A stretch of DNA of 64,000 bases, taken from Neoechinorhynchus agilis (taxonomy: Eukaryota > Animalia > Acanthocephala). A program made the translations under genes and the position numbers. Within the stretch, counting starts at the first letter, position 1; every line of letters starts with the position of its first letter. Under the pieces are notes generated by a model. That model saw only the letters and a program-made list of their open reading frames with translations, did no database searches and was not told the origin of the DNA. The DNA lies in the NCBI GenBank assembly GCA_051530055.1, contig CM121341.1:6860784-6924783 (forward strand), written 5' to 3'. This document shows, piece after piece, positions 24,774-33,686 of this stretch.

Positions 24774-25876
24774 ATGGCTACAAAGCTCGGAATTGTTAAT
24801 TGTTCAATTTGCCAAAATGAGTTAAGCAAATATCGATGTCCTTCGTGTGGGACGCCTACGTGCAGTCTGAAATGTTGCGAGCGACATAAGATTCAAACGG
24901 GATGCTCTGGAAAGGTTTCTCGCCTTCCGCCTCCAATTAAATCAAGGTCTGATTTGAAAGAAGATGTCTTGTTGAAAGATGAGCGATTTTTTGAGGAAAT
25001 AGAAGAAATGAGGCGTCTCGCAAATAAAGATCCATTGCAATATCAATCAAAATGTGATCGAAGGTTGATTCCTGCATTTAAATACTGCAAGAAGCACGGA
25101 ATAGTAATACGACCACGTCCGTCACAATCCGATCGTCATAAGCAAAACAAAAGCCGTCTTAATCGAACACGAAATAATATGGATTGGACCGTTGAGTTTG
25201 TTGTTTATGGAAATGGCGAGCGGTTTATTTGTCAAAATGTCATCAATTCCAATGATACGATTGAGAGCGTTTTGAATGAGACATTTATGGATCATGAGAA
25301 AGTCATGGCGCTATATTTTCGAAATGAGCGACCAAATGGCCTCGTTCTCAGAAAAGCGAGATTATCTGAAGTGGATTTCGCTTAGTCAAGCGTCTGGCTA
25401 AAAGTTAGCAACATTATTTTAATCGCAAATCCTTTTGAGCTCATTTAATTTTCGCACGAAATTAAATTAAAATTCTCGACTTTTTATCCAGGAAAAATAT
25501 AAATATATTTACACAGGTAGTATTCGGTTTGTGTGATGTTTTTAAATATTTTCTTCTCAGGTAGGTTTGTAGTGTTCTCGGATTCCTACTTTTTGTAAGA
25601 AGGTACTTATATATATGCTCGATTTAAATGCCTTTTTAATCCATACTCGATTTTATTGGCATCGTTTCGTCTTAGGTTTTTGGTGGCGAATCAATTTTTG
25701 CAGTCCGATGGAAAAACGCTACTTAGATCTCGAAATCGACTGGCGTAAACAGTACTTTGGAAGAGACGATAAAACACAGTTATCTATATGAGTTTCCGAC
25801 GCTTATTGCAGTCAATGTCGATGGTTACGAGAAGTTCCAAAGATCTTTCGGGCACTTGATTTCTGCAACTATGTAG
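24774..25876 (+). CDS. ZNHIT6: Box C/D snoRNP assembly factor BCD1/ZNHIT6 (zf-HIT); spliced 3' end
   Basis: CSICQNELSKYRCPSCGTPTCSLKCCERHK..GCSGK, D.RFFEE, WTVEF, and a downstream exon with LYEFPTL (cf. IIEYPTL). Confidence 0.85.
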
Positions 25877-26184
25877 TATCACGAGAAATGGACTGTACTC
25901 CTTGTTTTTTCTAAACTCAAATAAAGTGAATTTATTGAAGATGGTTGCTAAAAACGAGCATTTATGGGCTGCCGTTTTCCTCAGCATTATCCCAAGAGGA
26001 AAAACACTTTATTTTCCAAATGCGCAAACTCCATGTGAGCTGCTCAAAACAAATTTATCAATACAATCTCGAGTCTGAGCCCCTAAATTCGATGGCTATC
26101 ATATTTCTAGGCGATTCCTTGACCATCTCATTATAGGAAGAGACAAGTCCGCGGACGGTGTGCATCCTTATCATCCACATTCAC

Positions 26185-26727
26185 ATGCATGATTTTGACG
26201 AAAAAAAACTTTCTGAGTGGATCACTGCGATGCAATTGCCGTTGGAGAGCACAATGGAAGCTATGAAGGAAATTGAACAATCATTAAAAGATGCTGATCT
26301 TTTGAAAGGCAAAGTTACCGACACCAACATGAGTGCATGTCTGTATGTTGTTTGTAAGAAACTTCGCCGGGCCCGGAGCATGAATGAATTTTGCAGGATT
26401 TGTCTGATTACAAAATGTGAACTTTGCCATGCTTACCAATATCTTATGAACGTTCTCAATCTCAAATATCCTCAATTCTCGGAAGACGAATATGTTGAAG
26501 AAGGTTGTCTGCGATTGGGATTTCGGTCTGATGTCGAGAATGAAGCAAAAAAGATTATTAAGATGGCGCCACCGGCGCACTTGAACGGTACGAATGCTGC
26601 CGTTGCAATTTTCCTCGGAGCAACGAAACTGGGTGTTAAAGTAAGCAAAGATGAAATTTGTAAGACATTGAAGCTAGCGCCTAAAACACTGAGCTCTGTA
26701 GCTCATGATTTTCCGACGTTTTTATAA
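26185..26727 (+). CDS. TFIIB-like core (two cyclin folds), paralog 1
   Basis: SACLYVVCKKLRRARSMNEFCRI and AAVAIFLGA..KDEICKTLKLAPKTL align with TFIIB core repeats (ACLYIACR..PRTFKEI; AAAAIYMA..KEIGDIAGV). Confidence 0.72.
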   Translation: MHDFDEKKLSEWITAMQLPLESTMEAMKEIEQSLKDADLLKGKVTDTNMSACLYVVCKKLRRARSMNEFCRICLITKCELCHAYQYLMNVLNLKYPQFSEDEYVEEGCLRLGFRSDVENEAKKIIKMAPPAHLNGTNAAVAIFLGATKLGVKVSKDEICKTLKLAPKTLSSVAHDFPTFL

Positions 26728-27750
26728 AATTTTTATATGCTTTCTAAGTGTTCATTGACTATTGATAAAATGCCATTGTAACATCACAAAATTCCGTCAG
26801 AGAAATGGTCGATATGAAAATTCCTTAAACAAAACAGTTCTCACTGTTCTCAGTATATTAACGAAATCCATTCGATGAAAACTTATGTAATTACAATCAG
26901 AAATAGAAAAACCGCTTCCCGATTCGCCGCTAAGGTCGACGGACAGGTCCGTTAAGAACTTTGGACATTATTAGGCAAAAAACGAGATCTGGTAAAAGTT
27001 TAAAAAAGGTGATCCGGAATTTGCGGACAAACTGAAAGTCTACCATCGTCTCGACTTTTAATTTTTCAATGTGGACCCGGATCTCGGCAACGCGTGAAAA
27101 AGTTATTTCAATTTTGAGACAAACATTTTTCAAAACACGCGATTTAACTAAGAAACACATAGACGAAGACTTCGACGAGCGCTCGAAATCGAGGCGGCCA
27201 AAGACTAGTTTTCGAGAAGCTTGCTGACCGGTGTTGTTATGTGAACGTTTTAATGGTTTTGAATGTGCCCCGCTGTGTATATATATATCGCTCGTAGTTC
27301 AACGAGCGAGGATGGAGAGACGCAACGATTTTGCGGACGGTGTTGATTGTATCAGAACTAACAAATAAACGTTCTTTTTGGAGCAATAATAACGCCATTA
27401 GAGCTCTAAAATTGAAATGATTTGAAGCAATACGGCGTGTTATTGTTAAATTTCTAGTTTTCTAATGGACACTGAGTTATGGAATAAGTGCGATGTTTAA
27501 AAGAATCCAATGGGCAAGATTTATCAACGAATGGAACGTTTGCATTACACCAGCCATATAAGAACATCGCAAAGAAACAGATTATCCAAAATGCATTAAG
27601 ATATTTGCCTTATTATTTTCACCAACGCCCGTTCGCCAAAACAACTCGTTTTCATGTTTTCCTACATCTTTGGCATATATGTGAGCAGTGCGACCTTAGA
27701 CCTTTGTTACTATTGCCACCACCCCGATTATTATCCATTCGATCATCATC

Positions 27751-28305
27751 ATGGTACAATTTGACGACGATAAGCTTACTCGATGGATTTTGGGATTACA
27801 GTTGCCACTTGAAGAAGTGACAGCGACTATTGATAAACTTCGAGCTTCCTTAGAGGAGGTTAATTTTTTTCGGGGAAAAAGAGGTGAAATTTACATGATC
27901 GCATGCATTTATGTTGCATGCAAAATACTTCGAAAAGCACGAAGTATGATTGAGATTTGTGAGATTTGTTGTACCAACAAGAGTCAATTGAACAGCAAAG
28001 CGAATATGATCATGGAAGCGTTGGATTACAAATGCCCACGATTCTCTGAAGCAGAATACGTACAAGAGGCATGCATACGATTGAAATTAGATTCAAAAGT
28101 AGAAGAAGAAGCTAAAAGGGTACTAAAGACCGCTCCTGGAACCCATCTAGGAGGTAGCAACGCTGCTGCTGCTATTTATGTTGCTGCGGAGAGATTAGGA
28201 ATTGCAGTTGATAAAGAAAAAGTGGCGGATACTCTAATGGTGAGCGTGAAAACAATGGCCAAAATAGAGCGAGGGTTTAATTTGGATAGATTGGACAGTT
28301 TATAG
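27751..28305 (+). CDS. TFIIB-like core (two cyclin folds), paralog 2
   Basis: IACIYVACKILRKARSMIEICEIC, AAAAIYVAAE..KEKVADTLMVSVKT; collinear with paralog 1. Confidence 0.75.
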   Translation: MVQFDDDKLTRWILGLQLPLEEVTATIDKLRASLEEVNFFRGKRGEIYMIACIYVACKILRKARSMIEICEICCTNKSQLNSKANMIMEALDYKCPRFSEAEYVQEACIRLKLDSKVEEEAKRVLKTAPGTHLGGSNAAAAIYVAAERLGIAVDKEKVADTLMVSVKTMAKIERGFNLDRLDSL

Positions 28306-28383
28306 AAATGTTAGTAAATCAGATTCTATGTGGAAGGTTGTTTTTTCGTAAATCAAACTTTATGTTAGCGTTATTTCCGATTA

Positions 28384-29906
28384 TCACTTTAACGGTTGGA
28401 ACTTCCTTTGAGAGCAGATGCACCAGAGATGATTTCAATTAGTTCCCTAGTGATCACAAATTGTCTAGTTCTATTGTACTGCAATCGCAGAGCATCGATC
28501 AGCTCACCTATTCATGGACGAAATATCGATAGTTTCAATTAGTGATTGGCGTACCCGCATTCTTTGTAGCACCTTCCATTGCGTTCATCCTGGACGCCAA
28601 CTCACTAGTAAAGTTTTGTTTGAACGCATAGTAGATAAGTGAGGCAAGTTGGAACTCTTGAAACATTCGTAGGATGTCCGAGTCAACGCTATCGTAGATC
28701 CCAAGTTTGCTATCTACTGACGACAGACGAAGTTTATCTCCACTCATAACAGGAATCGATCGAATCGAGTACGAAAGGACGGTTCTATATGGGATTTATC
28801 GAGAAGCAAGAAGTGCAATGAAAAAAGTGGTACCTGAAGCAATTGAAGATTATCTCAGTTTCCGCCTTAGAGAAAGTGGCCTCATCGAGAACAAGGCGGG
28901 CTATTTGAGCCGCTTCATCGAATGTCAACGCACGCTTACCCACTTCTGAAACAGTAGCCGATATTGAACTTGCGAATTGTCTAAAATTAACAAGTTTAGA
29001 ACGAATTAATTTTAATCTAAACTGTCCTTAAATTTGACAAACGGGAAACCTTAAATCTCAGAGCAGAAATCATTGACACCACCGCTCCTCCGGTCGAAAA
29101 TAAAATGGTTGTTAGTGGAAGAAAAAAAGAGATTTTCTTTTAGACGACCATTGATTTGATCTTAAAAACATTATCAAACAATGACGTAATTGTTGTGTAG
29201 TGGCGCCAAAAAAATATATTTCTTCTCAATCCAGAGTCTTTTTCAAATACTCAAGGCAGCAAAAACAATTTTGATAAAGGCTCTGGATTGAGCCGAAATA
29301 TAATTTTTGTTGCCACTACACAACAATCATGAGCAGTTTCATTTTCAAACAATGATGTAATTCATCTTTTGAGAGCATTACGAACGATACTAATAACCTT
29401 TGAAGTATGGTCTTGATTTTATCTCCAATAATGATCAATCGTGTTTTATCAGCACTAACAAGACTATCGTTAATCTGATCCTGTCCTGGTAATCGCTGGA
29501 ACTTGTTTCTGATCATCCTGGCAATGCCAGCATGAATACCGCCACAAAGACCTCGATCGGACGACATTAGAATCAATAGTCGATCGACGTCGTCCTTGGT
29601 GCTACTAAATGGTTCATTGAGTCTCGTTTCAGATTGAACTATGCCCGATTTTGAATAAAAATCAAGCGCAGCTTCACCGAATACTTTAGCCGAACGGAAC
29701 TCCCGCTCAGCTCGGGCGTACTTGGACGCAGCCACCATTCGCATTGATTTTGTGATTTTCTGAATGCTCGTAATCGATCGAAGACGACGATTCACTAAAA
29801 ATCAAAGATCATTAATACAATCCCACCCGGAAAAAAGAAGATTAATACTCACAATCCTTCAAATTCGGCATCGTTTCTTGTTTCGAAAAGCAAGTCGTGC
29901 CGCCAT
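28384..29906 (-). CDS. ATP5F1C: Mitochondrial ATP synthase F1 gamma subunit (multi-exon)
   Basis: [93 protein letters not shown]; GT-AG introns. Confidence 0.95.
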
Positions 29907-29974
29907 CGAAAATAAGATAAGGCTGCGCTTTTTTGAAAGAAGAAATAATTACACGTTTTTTGTTGATATGTTTA

Positions 29975-30098
29975 AGATGTTCTTTCCATACACGGCCGAA
30001 TGGACATCCGCAGTCCATCGCGATTTCGGTCTTTCTCCGGATTCTACCGAGGAGGCAGGACTCATCAGTGGGTTTCCTCTTCCCTTCAGCGAGGTATT
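29975..30098 (-). mobile_element. Inverted, diverged partial copy of the 361-bp ribozyme repeat
   Basis: Minus strand reads aatacctcgctgaagggaagaggaaaccca-ctgatga-gtcctgcctcctc..agaccgaaatcgcgatggactgcggatgtccattcggccgtgtatgg; it abuts the first array unit head-to-head. Confidence 0.85.
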
Positions 30099-30125
30099 GC
30101 TAAAGCGGCAAAGTTTGTACATTCC

Positions 30126-30197
30126 GTAGCTGTGCTGAAGTGGTCAAGTAGACTAAAAGCTCCTGATCTCTGTTTCAGGGTCAACAGGTTCGAATCA
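30126..30197 (+). promoter_or_regulatory. tRNA-Ser-like internal Pol III promoter (A box + B box), repeated in every unit
   Basis: GTAGCTGTGCTGA(A/G)GTGGTCAAG (A-box-like; cf. tRNA-Ser GTAGTCGTGGCCGAGTGGTTAAG) ... CAGGTTCGAATC (B box GGTTCGAATCC, 10/11). Both boxes are also kept in the diverged 56-kb copy. Confidence 0.7.
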
Positions 30198-30198
30198 A

Positions 30199-30272
30199 GG
30201 GGCGAAATACCTCGTTGAAGGGAAGATTAAACTCACTGATGAGTCCCGCCTCCTCCTGAAGAGGTATCTGAG
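30199..30272 (+). ncRNA. Hammerhead ribozyme, non-circularly permuted (unit 1; others at ~30560, 30921, 31280, 31641, 32002)
   Basis: GGGGC-GAAA-UACCUC (30199-30213) ... CUCA-CUGAUGA-GUCCC (30232-30247) ... GAGGUA-UC/UGAG (30261-30272). Stem II 5 bp, stem III 7 bp, stem I 4 bp; predicted cleavage after C30268. Confidence 0.85.
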
Positions 30273-32744
30273 ACTCCGGAGGGATTCTTACAAACTCATT
30301 TACCGTACGGTCTTGGGGCATTGAGCGCAGACCAGCATTGTCCAGACCGAATTCGCGGTGGATTGTGGATGTCCATTCAGCCGTGTATGGAAAAATATCC
30401 ATAAAAAGACTACCGGTTGAGCCACTCATAAGACTGCTTAAATCGGATAGATAATCCAGGCTAAAGCGGCAAAGTTTGTACATTCCGTAGCTGTGCTGAG
30501 GTGGTCAAGTAGACTAAAAGCTCCTGATCCCTGTTTCAGGGTCAACAGGTTCGAATCAAGGGGCGAAATACCTCGTTGAAGGGAAGATTAAACTCACTGA
30601 TGAGTCCCGCCTCCTCCTGAAGAGGTATCTGAGACTCCGGAGGGATTCTTACAAACTCATTTACCGTACGGTCTTGGGGCATTGAGCGCAGACCAGCATT
30701 GTCCAGACCGAATTCGCGGTGGATTGTGGATGTCCATTCAGCCGTGTATGGAAAAATATCCATAAAAAGACTACCGGTTGAGCCACTCATAAGACTGCTT
30801 AAATCGGATAGATAATCCAGGCTAAAGCGGCAAAGTTTGTACATTCCGTAGCTGTGCTGAGGTGGTCAAGTAGACTAAAAGCTCCTGATCCCTGTTTCAG
30901 GGTCAACAGGTTCGAATCAAGGGGCGAAATACCTCGTTGAAGGGAAGATTAAACTCACTGATGAGTCCCGCCTCCTCCTGAAGAGGTATTTGAGACTCGG
31001 AGGATTCTTACAAACTCATTTACCGTACGGTCTTGGGGCATTGAGCGCAGACCAGCATTGTCCAGACCGAATTCGCGGTGGATTGTGGATGTCCATTCAG
31101 CCGTGTATGGAAAAATATCCATAAAAAGACTACCGGTTGAGCCACTCATAAGACTGCTTAAATCGGATAGATAATCCAGGCTAAAGCGGCAAAGTTTGTA
31201 CATTCCGTAGCTGTGCTGAGGTGGTCAAGTAGACTAAAAGCTCCTGATCCCTGTTTCAGGGTCAACAGGTTCGAATCAAGGGGCGAAATACCTCGTTGAA
31301 GGGAAGATTAAACTCACTGATGAGTCCCGCCTCCTCCTGAAGAGGTATCTGAGACTCCGGAGGGATTCTTACAAACTCATTTACCGTACGGTCTTGGGGC
31401 ATTGAGCGCAGACCAGCATTGTCCAGACCGAATTCGCGGTGGATTGTGGATGTCCATTCAGCCGTGTATGGAAAAATATCCATAAAAAGACTACCGGTTG
31501 AGCCACTCATAAGACTGCTTAAATCGGATAGATAATCCAGGCTAAAGCGGCAAAGTTTGTACATTCCGTAGCTGTGCTGAGGTGGTCAAGTAGACTAAAA
31601 GCTCCTGATCCCTGTTTCAGGGTCAACAGGTTCGAATCAAGGGGCGAAATACCTCGTTGAAGGGAAGATTAAACTCACTGATGAGTCCCGCCTCCTCCTG
31701 AAGAGGTATTTGAGACTCCGGAGGGATTCTTACAAACTCATTTACCGTACGGTCTTGGGGCATTGAGCGCAGACCAGCATTGTCCAGACCGAATTCGCGG
31801 TGGATTGTGGATGTCCATTCAGCCGTGTATGGAAAAATGTCCATAAAAAGACTACCGGTTGAGCCACTCATAAGACTGCTTAAATCGGATAGATAATCCA
31901 GGCTAAAGCGGCAAAGTTTGTACATTCCGTAGCTGTGCTGAAGTGGTCAAGTAGACTAAAAGCTCCTGATCCCTGTTTCAGGGTCAACAGGTTCGAATCA
32001 AGGGGCGAAATACCTCGTTGAAGGGAAGATTAAACTCACTGATGAGTCCCGCCTCCTCCTGAAGAGGTATCTGAGACTCCGGAGGGATTCTTACAAACTC
32101 ATTTACCGTACGGTCTTGGGGCATTGAGCGCAGACCAGCATTGTCCAGACCGAATTCGCGGTGGATTGTGGATGTCCATTCAGCCGTGTATGGAAAAATA
32201 TCCATAAAAAGACTACCGGTTGAGCCACTCATAAGACTGCTTAAATCGGATAGATAATCCAGGCTAAAGCGGCAAAGTTTGTACATTCCGTAGCTGTGCT
32301 GAAGTGGTCAAATGGACCTTATTTCAGGGTCATCGGGATGCGTTTTAGTGTTTCTTTTATTGCATCAGACTCCTGTTAACTCACGGATTAATTTGAATCC
32401 GCTCAATCATTGACTGTCTTCTTGTAGCTTTATTTCATAATTTGAATTATAGTGATGATAATCCCTGATGGATGAAATGCATTTTATTAGATTGAAATAT
32501 TTCGAAAAGTCTCACTTCATCTTCTCACTCACGCATTTTTCTCTCTCGGGAGGTTGCGGTTCCCCCGACAACCAGTTTATCCTGTTTGATGCAATCCACT
32601 CATCGTTTCCTCGGCCTTCCTCGTCACCGATTTCCCGTTATTTCCATTTTCTTCGTGCTGCGCAGTATGTGATCTGCTTCGAACTTCGAAACTTTATTAA
32701 TGATTTGACACAAACTCCGGGCGATTACCATTAGGGTCAAAATT

Positions 32745-33310
32745 TTGCAGGAATTTTACAGCCGGATGCCCTTCTTGACGTCAACCCTCCACTTTTTTCA
32801 GTCGGGCTTGGGACCGTCTTGGCGGAGTTTAAAAGCCTCACTCCATCAGTCATTGTTAATTTATATAAATCGACACAGGGGATTATCATCACCACAATTC
32901 AAAGTGTACCACCACGATGGATTTTCTCTGAATCATTATTTCATAATATTCGCGACCGAATAAATTATTTCGTGTTTTTATATTCATTTCTATCTTCAGT
33001 CAACTTAAGGTGCACAAAAGCACTGATTAAGAAAAACCCGAAGCAAAGTGGCCGTGTTGACTCTTGGACAAATGGATTCTAAAGCTTTCATGAGATTCTT
33101 ATAAAAATCGTCGACGATTCGTTTTATGTGATTTCAAAATTGGACCTCTTTAAATCCGATCGATATGAAGCACGCGAGATTCTTATAAAAATCATCGCGA
33201 AAATTAAGAGACGGAGTTCTCTCATGTCTTCTGACAATTTGGTTATATTAATTAAACGGTTTTTGCAGAACATCCCTTATTCGGCTGATTTGTTGGGTAG
33301 AAGTGATTAA
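32745..33310 (+). CDS. Hypothetical protein, fragmented into several frames
   Basis: Consecutive coding-like ORFs 32745-32963, 32819-33082 and 33128-33310; no motif recognised. Confidence 0.25.
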
Positions 33311-33327
33311 ATCATTTAAACCCGTTC

Positions 33328-33422
33328 GGATCCTCAGATACCTCCCGAGGAGACGGGACTCTTCAATGAGTTTCCTCCTGCGTCATCGGCGCTTATGGTA
33401 TTGAACCCCGTTGACCCTGAGA
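33328..33422 (-). mobile_element. Degenerate solo copy of the ribozyme repeat family
   Basis: Minus strand: cagggtcaacggggttcaatacc (B box) ..cgccgatgac..aggaggaaactca-ttgaaga-gtcccg-tctcct..gaggtatc-tgag; the GAAA strand is deleted and the core is mutated. Confidence 0.75.
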
Positions 33423-33686
33423 TCCAAGATATCGGTTGATTGTTTGCCTAAAGAAAAAAGCCGAGTAAGAGATGTTCTAAACACTTAAGAGACGGAATGA
33501 ATGCCGTAATCCACTCGGAATTCCGTCAAATCTCCCCTCAAATTGGTTAATTTTATTGTCTACTTGGGCACTACCTCTGTCGTTACAGAAGAGATAACGA
33601 ATTTAATTTTAAGGGAAAGTTCTTCGCATATTGTGTGACTCAGTCTACCCCCGTTTCTCCAGCTCTCTTTACCTTGCCTAAATAGA

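Larger units (their letters stand above)
30099..32332 (+). mobile_element. 361-bp tandem array of a Pol III-headed, hammerhead-bearing retrozyme-like element (6 full units + partial)
   Basis: Period 361 (359 for unit 3); near-identical units, more GC-rich than flanks; each has A/B boxes and a hammerhead core. Confidence 0.88.

Noticed and set aside
27705-27765. YYCHHPDYYPFDHHHGTI as a TFIIB zinc ribbon
   Set aside because: Out of frame with the core, ends in a stop before the second CxxC, leaves no room for the B-reader/linker, and has no counterpart in paralog 1.
30126-30200. Functional tRNA-Ser gene
   Set aside because: No acceptor-stem 3' strand and no paired T-stem; only promoter-like boxes remain.
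30181-32286. Repeated 100-aa minus-strand ORF (MYKLCRFSLDY...) in the 361-bp array
   Set aside because: No protein similarity recognised, broken in unit 3, and antisense to the strand carrying the A/B boxes and ribozyme; best read as a by-product of the repeat.
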